A DNA stretch of 41,473 nt from a virus. A program made the position numbers and the translations under genes. The notes below the pieces were generated by a model, which saw only the letters and a program-made list of their open reading frames with translations, was not told the DNA's origin and ran no database searches. The stretch's first letter is position 1. Every line of letters starts with the position of its first letter. Shown here one piece after another: positions 16,312-25,284 of the stretch. The stretch is from IMG/VR virus record IMGVR_UViG_3300045988_036724; one strand, given 5' to 3'.

Positions 16312-16388
16312 GCCGTTTTAGCTCAGGTTGGCAGAGCGCCGGATTTGTAATCCGGGGGCCGTGGGTTCAAGCCCCACAGGCGGCACCA
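16312..16388 (+). tRNA. tRNA-Thr (anticodon TGT), CCA-encoded
   Basis: Acceptor GCCGTTT/AGGCGGC (two G-U pairs), D arm GCTC-AGGTTGGCA-GAGC, anticodon arm CCGGA-TTTGTAA-TCCGG, T arm GTGGG-TTCAAGC-CCCAC, then ACCA. Confidence 0.9.
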
Positions 16389-16463
16389 CACCGGCAGCAC
16401 GTCCGGCAAATAAACCTTATTGCCAAGCATGGCAGCCCGAGCAAGGGCAGAAAGGACTATCAC

Positions 16464-17051
16464 ATGGCACTCGAACGCAAGACTCTCCGGGCGATTCTGG
16501 AAGATGAAACGACCGACACCAGCGGCAAGCTCAAGAAAATTTTGGACGTGCTGCATGAGGAAACGGACGCTTTGCAGAACCAGCTCGATGAGAAGAACGC
16601 AGCCCTCGCCAAAGCCGAAAAGGACCGGGACGCAGCCAACGGCGGCAAGGAAGCCGCAGAAAAGGCTTTGACCGACTACAAGGCCCAGCAGACCCAGAAG
16701 GACACCCACGCAGCCAAGGAAGCCAAGTTCCGGGAGCTGCTGAAGACCGCCGGGGTGCTGGACAAGTATGCTGATCGGGTCGTGCGGCTGTCTGGCGAGG
16801 ATATCGACAAGCTGGAGCTGGACGATAAGGGCGAGGTCAAGGATGCCAAGAAGCACGCCGACAGCCTGAAAGCTGATTGGGGCGACTTTGTGGCGACGAC
16901 CACGACCACCGGCGCAAAGGTGGACACCCCGCCCACCAACACCGGCTCCAAAATGACCAAAGACCAAATTTTTGCAATCAAGGACGCAGGCGAGCGCCAG
17001 GCGGCCATTGCAGCAAATGCCGACCTGTTTACAGGCGGCGGAAAGGACTAA
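16464..17051 (+). CDS. scaffolding protein
   Basis: Charged coiled-coil composition, 195 aa, directly upstream of the capsid gene. Confidence 0.8.
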   Translation: MALERKTLRAILEDETTDTSGKLKKILDVLHEETDALQNQLDEKNAALAKAEKDRDAANGGKEAAEKALTDYKAQQTQKDTHAAKEAKFRELLKTAGVLDKYADRVVRLSGEDIDKLELDDKGEVKDAKKHADSLKADWGDFVATTTTTGAKVDTPPTNTGSKMTKDQIFAIKDAGERQAAIAANADLFTGGGKD

Positions 17052-17054
17052 CAC

Positions 17055-17954
17055 ATGGCAGCAAAGACCAATCTGACCACTACTACCGAGATCACCGTCA
17101 ACCCCCGGGAAATCGACTTTGTGACACGATTCCAGCGCAACTGGGAGCACCTGCGGGAGATCATGGGCATCATGCGTCCCATCCGGATGCAGCCCGGCAC
17201 CGTGCTGAAGAGCAAGTACGCCCAGGGCACCCTGCAGAGCGGCACCGTGGCAGAGGGCGAGGAGATCCCCTACAGCCAGTACACCGTCAAGGAGAAAGAC
17301 TATGGCAAGATCACCATCGAAAAGTACGCCAAGGCTGTCTCCCTGGAGGCAATCCAGAACTATGGCTATGATGTGGCCGTGCAGAAGACCGATGACGAGT
17401 TCCTGTTCGACCTGACCGCAAAGGTCACGGACAAGTTCTACAAGTACCTGAACACCGGCAGCCTGAAGGGCACCCCCAAGACCTTCCAGATGGCTCTGGC
17501 CATGGCAAAGGGCAGTGTGGAGAACAAGTTCAAGAATATGCACCGCACCGTCACCGGCGTTGTGGGCTTTGCCAACGTCCTGGACGTGGCGGAGTACCTG
17601 GGCACCGCCCCGATCACCATCCAGAACCAGTACGGCTTCCAGTACATCAAGGATTTCATGGGCTACACCACCATCTTCCTGCTGTCTGACGGCGAGATCG
17701 CAAAGGGCAAGGTCATTGCCACCCCCGTGGACAACATCGTGATGTACTACGTTGACCCCTCCGACAGCGACTACGCAAAAGCTGGGCTGGTGTACACCAC
17801 CGCAGGCGAGGCCAACAACCTGATCGGCTTCCACACCCAGGGCAACTACACCACCGCCGTCTCTGAGAGCTTCGCCATCACCGGCGTGACCCTGTTTGCT
17901 GAGTACCTGGACGGCATCTCTGTCCAGACCATTACCCCGGGTGAATCGGTCTGA
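17055..17954 (+). CDS. major capsid protein
   Basis: 299 aa, in the position after the scaffold gene, with an SPP1 gp13-like layout. Confidence 0.85.
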   Translation: MAAKTNLTTTTEITVNPREIDFVTRFQRNWEHLREIMGIMRPIRMQPGTVLKSKYAQGTLQSGTVAEGEEIPYSQYTVKEKDYGKITIEKYAKAVSLEAIQNYGYDVAVQKTDDEFLFDLTAKVTDKFYKYLNTGSLKGTPKTFQMALAMAKGSVENKFKNMHRTVTGVVGFANVLDVAEYLGTAPITIQNQYGFQYIKDFMGYTTIFLLSDGEIAKGKVIATPVDNIVMYYVDPSDSDYAKAGLVYTTAGEANNLIGFHTQGNYTTAVSESFAITGVTLFAEYLDGISVQTITPGESV

Positions 17955-17975
17955 CCTGCAAGGGGGTGACTTTGC

Positions 17976-18464
17976 ATGACCGTCCCTGAGCTGTGCGTTT
18001 ACACGCACAATTTTTTTGACCGGGCGGACGACCCCATTGCCGGGGAGTTTTCTTTTGAGCCGGATACCGTGCCCGCCGGGGTAGTGCCGGGGCAGTATTT
18101 CCTCGTGTGCGGATCCATCTTCAATGACGGCGTGCACAAGGCCGGGGACGGCGATCTGACCGCCGAGACATTCGCCGGGACAGTGCAGCCCATGCGCGTG
18201 CCGCCTGCCTTTGTGGCGTTGGCTGAAAAAATCGACGCATACGACAAGGCGCTCCCGTCCGGCGGCGTGTATGTGTCCCAGTCCTTTGCCGGGTGGTCTG
18301 GCACGATTGCCACAGGCACGGACGGGCTGCCAGCCGACGGCAAAACCCGCTATAAATCCGAGATCAATCAGTGGAGGAAGATGTGGCATGGTCAATCCGT
18401 TCACTGCATCCACCGTGATGCAGAGCTTTACCCAAAAATACCGCTTTCAGACCCGCAGCTATGA
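17976..18464 (+). CDS. putative head-tail connector/structural protein
   Basis: Called on position only. The 3' end overlaps the next gene by 77 nt. Confidence 0.45.
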   Translation: MTVPELCVYTHNFFDRADDPIAGEFSFEPDTVPAGVVPGQYFLVCGSIFNDGVHKAGDGDLTAETFAGTVQPMRVPPAFVALAEKIDAYDKALPSGGVYVSQSFAGWSGTIATGTDGLPADGKTRYKSEINQWRKMWHGQSVHCIHRDAELYPKIPLSDPQL

Positions 18465-18756
18465 GCCGGACGGCGTGGGCGGCTTTGTGTCCGGCTGGCA
18501 GGACGGTCCCGAGTTTGAGGCCGTGGAGCGCCACGACACCACCGTGGAAGCTCAGGTGGCGGAGCAGGCTGACACCGCATCTACCTATACCCTGCTGGTC
18601 AACACCGGTGTGCCGCTGGCTTTTCCGGACTACATCAAGCGGGTAAGCGATGGGCAGACTTTCCAGATCACAAGCACAGCGGACGAAGCCAAAGCCCCGC
18701 CGGAATCCGGCATGGGGCTGCGGGCCGTCAAGTGCAAAAAGGCGGTGCTGCCATGA
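18388..18756 (+). CDS. head closure / head-tail adaptor protein (SPP1 gp16-like)
   Basis: ATG 18388. Pattern QKYRFQTRSYEPDGVGGFVSGW...DYIKRVSDGQTFQITS is typical of head closure proteins. Confidence 0.65.
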   Translation: MVNPFTASTVMQSFTQKYRFQTRSYEPDGVGGFVSGWQDGPEFEAVERHDTTVEAQVAEQADTASTYTLLVNTGVPLAFPDYIKRVSDGQTFQITSTADEAKAPPESGMGLRAVKCKKAVLP

Positions 18757-19133
18757 TGGGACCGTCCGAGAGCATCAACCGGGCACTGAACACGTTTTTC
18801 AACGGTTTTGGCATCCCCGGCTATCTGGAAGACAACATCCCGGCCAAAGCCACACTGCCATACCTGACCTACAAGCCCGCCGTCCCCGGCAGCTGGAACG
18901 AGGAAGCGTCGTTTCATGGCCGCTTGTGGTATCCAAGCAGCGCAGGGCGTTTACCCATCTTACAGACCGAAGACAAAATCAGCGCAGCCCTTGCAGGCGG
19001 TTTGACCGTGCCGTGCGAGGGCGGCGCTATTCTTTTGCGCAAAGGCACCCCGTGGGCCCAACCGATGGACAACCCGCCCGAGGGCTATTTGTGCGAGTAC
19101 CTGAATTTTGAGATCACGCAGCTATGCGAGTAA
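18753..19133 (+). CDS. tail completion / tail-to-head joining protein
   Basis: ATGATG overlaps the previous stop. INRALNTFFNGFGIPGYLEDNIPAKATLPYLTY resembles DUF3168/gp17-like proteins. Confidence 0.55.
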   Translation: MMGPSESINRALNTFFNGFGIPGYLEDNIPAKATLPYLTYKPAVPGSWNEEASFHGRLWYPSSAGRLPILQTEDKISAALAGGLTVPCEGGAILLRKGTPWAQPMDNPPEGYLCEYLNFEITQLCE

Positions 19134-19141
19134 GGAGAATT

Positions 19142-19717
19142 ATGGGAAGAAAATTTACCAAAATTTCCGCAGAAGCATTCAAGTCCATGCAGATCAACGC
19201 GGGCCTTGTGCTGAACAAGTTCGACACTGAGGGCCAGACCGCCGTCGCTGATGCTGACATCATCTGCGCAACCACTGGCGGCATCACCGCCACCTGCACC
19301 CCCAACATCACCGACCTGGGCGAAGATGTGGACAACTGCCAGAAGAACACCGTGGAGCTCATGGAAATTGAGGACTACGACTGCACGCTGGCTTTCACCG
19401 CGCTGAATACCTCCGCCGAGGTCATCCGCATGGCGCTGGGCGCAGCGGACGTGGCCGGGGGCAAGGTAACGCCCCGCATGACGTTCAAAACTGACAAGAC
19501 CACGGGCGACTTCAAAACCATTTGGTTTGTGGGCGACCTCATTGGCGGCGGTTATGTGGCTGTTCGGCTGGACAACGCAATCAGCACGGGCGGCCTGTCT
19601 CTCAAGACCACAGACAAGGGCAAGGGCAATGTGTCCGTCACTTTGACGGGCTGTGTCCGCATGGGCGACGAGTCCGTCCCCATGGAATTTTTTGTGAGCG
19701 AAGACGCGGCAGCATAA
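19142..19717 (+). CDS. major tail protein
   Basis: AAGGAG lies before ATG 19142. 191 aa, immediately upstream of the chaperone pair and the tape measure gene. Confidence 0.75.
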   Translation: MGRKFTKISAEAFKSMQINAGLVLNKFDTEGQTAVADADIICATTGGITATCTPNITDLGEDVDNCQKNTVELMEIEDYDCTLAFTALNTSAEVIRMALGAADVAGGKVTPRMTFKTDKTTGDFKTIWFVGDLIGGGYVAVRLDNAISTGGLSLKTTDKGKGNVSVTLTGCVRMGDESVPMEFFVSEDAAA

Positions 19718-19729
19718 GGAGAAAACCAC

Positions 19730-20134
19730 ATGAAAACTCTTAACCAGATGGACGAAACGGAATTTCTGCGCCACTGCTACATGATCGCGGACAAAGTGGC
19801 CGCCCTGCTGACCGAGACGCAGGTGATGGAGCTGCGCAAAGTCGGCCCCATCCTCACGGGCAGTGAAACCCCCGATGAGCTCAAGGCAAAGAAAGAAGCC
19901 CAAAGCCGCAAAAACATCAAGGCGATGGCGAAAAGTCTTCTGTTCGACAATGCCAAGAACACTGCGGAACTGCTGCCTTTGCTGTACGAGCTGGAAACGG
20001 ACAAGGATGGCAAGCCAGAAAAGATGACCCCGTTCAAGACCCTGCGCGTCATCACCGAGACCATCAACGACCGGGATGTGCTGGATTTTTTATCCTCGTT
20101 GGTGAGGTTGGCTCAGACCGATATCGGCGGCTGA
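19730..20134 (+). CDS. tail assembly chaperone (gpG analogue)
   Basis: Position, acidic composition, and a slippery site near the 3' end. Confidence 0.75.
   Translation: MKTLNQMDETEFLRHCYMIADKVAALLTETQVMELRKVGPILTGSETPDELKAKKEAQSRKNIKAMAKSLLFDNAKNTAELLPLLYELETDKDGKPEKMTPFKTLRVITETINDRDVLDFLSSLVRLAQTDIGG
20086..20092 (+). promoter_or_regulatory. -1 programmed ribosomal frameshift slippery heptamer T_TTT_TTA
   Basis: Zero-frame codons are gaT TTT TTA. The -1 frame is open from 20086 to the stop at 20392-20394. Confidence 0.75.
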
Positions 20135-20394
20135 TCTCATCCATCCGGCTGGATATGCTGAAAGCCATTGGAAAACCCTACATCGTCCAGCATTGCGTCA
20201 ATGCGATGCAGCAGGAAGCTTACGAGAAGAGCTACCGCGCCTACATCACGGACGCTCTGGCTGGCCTTGTGGGCATGGAGTGTCGGTGGGTGGACACCCT
20301 ACCCGACTTTAATACTCCCGCCCGGCCCCAGCAGAGCGCAGAGGAAATCAAGGCCCGTATTCTGGCCGGATTGAACGGAGGTGACACACCCTGA
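20092..20394 (+). CDS. gpT-like extension of the tail chaperone, reached by -1 frameshift (an internal ATG at 20155 also exists)
   Basis: Frame is -1 relative to 19730..20134, with no stop between the slippery site and 20394. Confidence 0.65.
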   Translation: MLVGEVGSDRYRRLISSIRLDMLKAIGKPYIVQHCVNAMQQEAYEKSYRAYITDALAGLVGMECRWVDTLPDFNTPARPQQSAEEIKARILAGLNGGDTP

Positions 20395-20408
20395 AACTTT
20401 TTGAATTG

Positions 20409-23030
20409 ATGGCCACTCTTGGGCTGGACACGTCCGCGTATGAGCAGGGCATCAACAACGTCCAGGGCGAGACCAAAAAGACCGTGACGGCACTTTCCAG
20501 CGAGTACAGCAAGGCTGCAAAAAGCGTGCTGGAACTGACAAAGCAGTATAACGAATCTGCCGCCAAGACAGGCAAGACCTCGGCTGAAACCAAAGAGCTA
20601 AAAAATCAGCTTGCAGCAGCTGAGGCACAGCTCAAAGCTACTGCCTCTGCCCTGAAATCCGCAAACAACGGCATGGACTCCTTTGGCAAGTCGGCCGGCA
20701 GTACGGGAAGCGGGCTGACGGCGGCGCTGACAAAATCGCAGCTTCTTGCTTCTGCCATCTCCACGCTTTCCACTTCGGCCCTCAGCGGCGCAAAACAGTT
20801 TGTGTCTATGGGCATCGAGTACAACGCCCAAATCGAGAGTTACCGCGTGGGCCTGACCAATATGCTGGGCGATGCACAGGCGGCCAATGAGGCCATGGCG
20901 GCCATTCAGGAGGACGCAGCCCGCACGCCGTTCAGCGTGGATTCGCTGACACAAGCAAACCAGCTGCTCATCAGCGCCGGTGAAAACGCGGGCTACTCCC
21001 GCAAGGTCATCATGGCGCTGGGCGATGCTGTTTCCGCCACAGGCGGAGGCAATGTGGAGCTTTCCCGCATGGCAGCTAATCTGCAGCAGATCGCCAATGT
21101 TGGCAAGGCGTCCGCTATCGACATCAAGCAGTTTGCCTATGCCGGCATCAACGTTTATCAGGTGCTGGCTGACTACACCGGGAAAACGGTGCAGGAAGTC
21201 CAGAACATGACCATCAGCTATGATGTGCTGTCCCAGGCTCTCATCGCCGCCAGCGAAGAGGGCGGGCGCTACTACAACGCCATGGACACCCAGAGCCAGA
21301 CCATGAATGGCCGTGTTTCCACCCTGAAAGACAACGTAAGTCAGCTGGCCGGGCTCATGACGGGCGACCTCAGCAGCGGAATTGGTGTGGTAATCTCCAG
21401 CCTCAACGATATGACCGTTGCGGCTATTGATGCATACAAAACCGATGGTTGGGCAGGTCTTGGAAACGCAATTCTGGATTTGGATAACCCCATCAGTGCA
21501 ACAATCAAAAAATTTGGCGAGCTTGGAAATGCCGCTGTCAGCGCTTTAGACCGTGCAAGCTTTGCATTGAACAAGCTTTTAGGAAAAAACGCCTATTCCG
21601 GGTACGAAAACAACGGTGAGGGCTATGCAAAATACGTTGCGGATAAAACCAGCCAGAGCAACTACGACCGCCGACGGCAGGATGCTAAAAACGGAAAAGG
21701 CATCTACAACGAAAGCTGGACGGAACGGCAGGCAAAGGCGGCTGCAGCCGCCGGAAGTGGCGGAAGCAGTATCACTGCATCGGGAGGCGGCGGCACAGGC
21801 GGCGGAACAAGCAAAAGATCTACCGCCAAAGCAGCTGCTGACACCAAAAAGCTGTCGGATACCGTCACCGAAACGTCGAAGCAGATCCTTGCCGGAACGG
21901 GCAACATCGTGGGCAGCATCCAGCGGGTGGTGGAGACCGCCGACAACACCTACAACGTCTACGACGGCACCACCAAAAAGCTCAAGGGCACCACAAAGGA
22001 GACCGTGGAGACCATCACGGACTCTTGGAAAGAAGTGGTGGACGGCACGGAGAAGACCGTCAAATCGGTCACAAAGAAAGTAACCGATGCGGACGGAAAA
22101 GTGACCACGACCACGCAAAAGACCTGTGACGATGTGGTTTTGTCCGTGACAGAGCTGCAAAGCCGCATTGACCAAAACCTCAGCAATGCGCAGAAGCAGT
22201 GGTCTGGCGGGATTTTTGGGCGCCTGCAAAGTATGCTGACCGATGTCAAAACCGGCAATTGGTCTGGGCTGGCTACGAACATTGCCAAACTTATTTGGGG
22301 CGAAATCTCGCAAGAACAGCGTGAGATCATCTCCAAGTGGGCAGTGGATTCGCTGACGGCCATCAACGAGAGCTACAGCGGCGGCGGGGCCAAGGCGGCG
22401 TATGAGCGTCTCCGGGAGCTGTTCACAAACGGCATTGCAGCAGATGCTACCGAAGCAAAGACCGCGGTGCAGAGCTTTGGCGAGATTCTGGACGGTCTGG
22501 GCACATCCGGCGGCGTGGGCGAAAAGCTGGCTGGTATCGCCACGAGATTTTCCAGCATGGCCGGCAGCGTGATCTCTAGTCTGGGCGGCATTGTGTCCTT
22601 TATCACCGCCAACCCGATTCTTGCGGCGATTCTGGGCCTTACCGCTTTGGCTGGCGGCATTGGACTGGCTGTGCTCTCCAAAAAGAGCAAGGGCAGCGAC
22701 AGCGTGACGGGCGGCAGCTATGACAGCCCGTTCTCCAAAACGCCCATCTATGACAGTCTGGCGGAGTTTTCTGCCCGTGCGGACTCCCTGAGCCGCTACA
22801 GCACTGCCACCGTGTCGCCGTTCAGCGGCCGGCAGGACAGCACCGGAAAGCAGCAGCTCAGTGTGCTTCAGCGCATTTCCAATTCTCTGGACGAGCACCT
22901 CCCTGCCATCGGCACCGGGCAAGTCGTCTTTGATACCGGGGCCGTGGCGGGTGCTTTGCGTCCGGCTCTGGTGGACGGCATTGATACTGACCTGGGCACA
23001 CGGGCCAAGCGGAAAGCGAGGGGCGGCTAA
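20409..23030 (+). CDS. tail tape measure protein
   Basis: 873 aa, Ala/Gly/Ser-rich with hydrophobic segments, in the position after the chaperones. Confidence 0.9.
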   Translation: MATLGLDTSAYEQGINNVQGETKKTVTALSSEYSKAAKSVLELTKQYNESAAKTGKTSAETKELKNQLAAAEAQLKATASALKSANNGMDSFGKSAGSTGSGLTAALTKSQLLASAISTLSTSALSGAKQFVSMGIEYNAQIESYRVGLTNMLGDAQAANEAMAAIQEDAARTPFSVDSLTQANQLLISAGENAGYSRKVIMALGDAVSATGGGNVELSRMAANLQQIANVGKASAIDIKQFAYAGINVYQVLADYTGKTVQEVQNMTISYDVLSQALIAASEEGGRYYNAMDTQSQTMNGRVSTLKDNVSQLAGLMTGDLSSGIGVVISSLNDMTVAAIDAYKTDGWAGLGNAILDLDNPISATIKKFGELGNAAVSALDRASFALNKLLGKNAYSGYENNGEGYAKYVADKTSQSNYDRRRQDAKNGKGIYNESWTERQAKAAAAAGSGGSSITASGGGGTGGGTSKRSTAKAAADTKKLSDTVTETSKQILAGTGNIVGSIQRVVETADNTYNVYDGTTKKLKGTTKETVETITDSWKEVVDGTEKTVKSVTKKVTDADGKVTTTTQKTCDDVVLSVTELQSRIDQNLSNAQKQWSGGIFGRLQSMLTDVKTGNWSGLATNIAKLIWGEISQEQREIISKWAVDSLTAINESYSGGGAKAAYERLRELFTNGIAADATEAKTAVQSFGEILDGLGTSGGVGEKLAGIATRFSSMAGSVISSLGGIVSFITANPILAAILGLTALAGGIGLAVLSKKSKGSDSVTGGSYDSPFSKTPIYDSLAEFSARADSLSRYSTATVSPFSGRQDSTGKQQLSVLQRISNSLDEHLPAIGTGQVVFDTGAVAGALRPALVDGIDTDLGTRAKRKARGG

Positions 23031-23534
23031 ATGGCAGCACTACAAGGCGTACAGCTGGGCGACTACCACACCCTCAAAGACTGGGGGCTTTATCTCGTAG
23101 TGGGCGGAACCACCGTGGGTGAAGCCGAGGTGGACGAGCACCTGGTAAAAGTCCCGGGCGGTGACAGACTGCTCAATCTGACCAAAGCACTGGATGGCAA
23201 AGTGCACTACACCCAGCGAAAAATCACCATCACCCTCAAGTGCGTAAAACCGAAAAAATACTGGCCCAATGTGCAGCGCACCCTCGAAAATGCGCTGCAA
23301 GGCCAGTGGCTGCGGTGCATCTTTGATGATGACCCGTCTTGGTACTGGGATGGCCTTTGGAAAGTGGCCCCGCAGAGCCGTGACCGATGGGAAAACGTTT
23401 TTGTTATCACCGGCACCTGCAACCCGCACAAGATCAGCCTGACCGCAGAAGCGGGGGCAGACTGGCTGTGGGATCCTTTCAATTTCGAGACAGATACCAT
23501 CTATACCACCCCAACGAAAGTGAAGAGCTTATGA
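23031..23534 (+). CDS. distal tail protein-like
   Basis: Called on position, immediately after the tape measure gene. 167 aa. Confidence 0.55.
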   Translation: MAALQGVQLGDYHTLKDWGLYLVVGGTTVGEAEVDEHLVKVPGGDRLLNLTKALDGKVHYTQRKITITLKCVKPKKYWPNVQRTLENALQGQWLRCIFDDDPSWYWDGLWKVAPQSRDRWENVFVITGTCNPHKISLTAEAGADWLWDPFNFETDTIYTTPTKVKSL

Positions 23535-25273
23535 GCTATAAAGTCTATGCCGGGACTCAGACGGCAATTGATACATGGAGCGAAAAGGTCTGTATCTATG
23601 ACCCGGGTTCCGAGGATGACACCAAAATCCTGCTGGATCCGGTGCTCACGCGGGAAGATAACAAAGCGGGAAGCTTTGAGGCTACCGTGCCGCTGGGCAA
23701 TATTGCCCACTCTGCTTTGCAGAAGCTGAAAGCCATCGTGGAAGTAGAGCAGGACGGCGAAACGCTCTGGCAGGGGCGCGTCATGAGCCACGACATGGAC
23801 TTTTATCTCAATCAAAAAATCTACTGTGAGGGCGAGCTGGCGTACCTCAACGACAGTTCCATGGTCCCGTACAAGTACGAGTGGATCACGATCCCCGAGT
23901 TTCTTGGCAAAGTGCTGGACAGCCACAACAGCCAGACGGAGGGCTACAAGGCCTTTTACCGTGGCACCGTGGACGCGGGTTATCAGCAGGTGCTTTATGC
24001 TACAGGCTGCACCGTCCAGAGCCGCGAAAAAGAGGACGATGACGGCAATGTAGACCGCTGGTATACCTACTACGATCAGAGCGGAAGAATACTGGCTTCG
24101 ATCGATGCTAACCCGTCCAGCTGGGATGATGACCCGTCCAGATGGGAAGTGGGTTCCACCCACTACGTCGGCGGCACGGATTATGTATGGGGCCAAGCTG
24201 AGGATGCCGCGACGGCTATTACAAAGACGTCCGACACTTTGTATACCGTCAGCACGGGCGTCGTGTACGTCGTGAACAGTGATGGCTCTGAAAAGACCTA
24301 TTTGGCAAATATCAAAGTGGTCACGTCCGGCAGCACAAAGCGGGCCATGTTTGAGCCCACCGACACCGAAAGCGGCACCTATACCGTAAATGTGGCGGAT
24401 GACGGCAGCGTGACCGTGACCATCAAAATCAAAAACTTTATAACCGGGGAAACGACCACCACCACCGGCGTGGGTTATGTGCTGAAAAAAGAGTACAACC
24501 TGTATACCTTTGGCGACGGCAAAAACTTTGGCGTTACCTGGGACATCTTGCAGTCTGAGCTCACGGACACCTACGGCGGGCATTTTATCGTGCGGAGAGA
24601 GAAGCGGAAGCTTGTCAATACCACCATCACCCTGCGGTATCTGGATTATGTGTCCAATGTCACCGAAAAAACCGGGCAGAAAATCGAGTTTGGCGAGAAT
24701 CTTCTGGATCTGGACAGCTATGTCAAGGCAGAAAACATCGTCACCCGCGTCATCGCGGTGGGTTACCGGACAAGCGGCTTCTGGGTGTGGAAGAGAACCA
24801 ATACCCTCACGGCCACGGCCAACGACTACGCCGCCCAGAAGTACTATGGCATCATCACACGGGTTATCGTGATCGAGGGCACATCCTCTACCACAGAGAC
24901 CCTTTTGAAAGCGGCTCAGAAAGAGCTTGCAAAAAATCTGCGGTATCTGGATGGCATGACCATCTCTGCCGTAGACCTGAAAGACGCGGGAGTGGATACC
25001 GAGCGCCTGCAGTTTATGAAGAACGCAGACATCATCTCCGAGCCCCACGGCGTGCATACGTCTCTGACCTGCACCAAGCTTGTGGAGCCGCTGGATAAGC
25101 CGGACGAGAAGAAATTTACCTTTGGGATTGACTTCTCTTCCATCTCTGACCTGCAGGCCCTCAGCGCCCGCAAAGCCACCAACGCTTTTGATATGGCGCA
25201 CTCCGCCGTCATGAGCTTTAACGACTCTACTCCCGCCAGCCTGAGCTTGGACGAAGAGGAAGATTTGAAGTAA
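23531..25273 (+). CDS. tail-associated/baseplate hub protein (Tal-like minor structural protein)
   Basis: ATG 23531 overlaps the previous stop. 580 aa. N-terminal pattern DPVLTREDNKAGSFEATVP.... Confidence 0.7.
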   Translation: MSYKVYAGTQTAIDTWSEKVCIYDPGSEDDTKILLDPVLTREDNKAGSFEATVPLGNIAHSALQKLKAIVEVEQDGETLWQGRVMSHDMDFYLNQKIYCEGELAYLNDSSMVPYKYEWITIPEFLGKVLDSHNSQTEGYKAFYRGTVDAGYQQVLYATGCTVQSREKEDDDGNVDRWYTYYDQSGRILASIDANPSSWDDDPSRWEVGSTHYVGGTDYVWGQAEDAATAITKTSDTLYTVSTGVVYVVNSDGSEKTYLANIKVVTSGSTKRAMFEPTDTESGTYTVNVADDGSVTVTIKIKNFITGETTTTTGVGYVLKKEYNLYTFGDGKNFGVTWDILQSELTDTYGGHFIVRREKRKLVNTTITLRYLDYVSNVTEKTGQKIEFGENLLDLDSYVKAENIVTRVIAVGYRTSGFWVWKRTNTLTATANDYAAQKYYGIITRVIVIEGTSSTTETLLKAAQKELAKNLRYLDGMTISAVDLKDAGVDTERLQFMKNADIISEPHGVHTSLTCTKLVEPLDKPDEKKFTFGIDFSSISDLQALSARKATNAFDMAHSAVMSFNDSTPASLSLDEEEDLK

Positions 25274-25284
25274 GGAGAAAATTT

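Noticed and set aside
16323-18413. 696-aa minus-strand ORF, the largest on that strand
   Set aside because: It is exactly antisense to the scaffold, major capsid and connector genes. Its composition is Gly/Ala/Val/Arg/His-rich and low-complexity, it has no RBS, and its 3' end overlaps tRNA-Thr. This is a typical shadow ORF of GC-rich coding DNA.
21579-22922. 447-aa minus-strand ORF (plus several smaller ones) inside the tape measure gene
   Set aside because: They are antisense to a well-supported 873-aa tape measure ORF and are Arg/Ala/Gly-rich with no start context.
23501-25201. 566-aa minus-strand ORF
   Set aside because: It is antisense to the Tal-like tail gene, inside a continuous plus-strand structural operon. 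Its composition is shadow-ORF-like.
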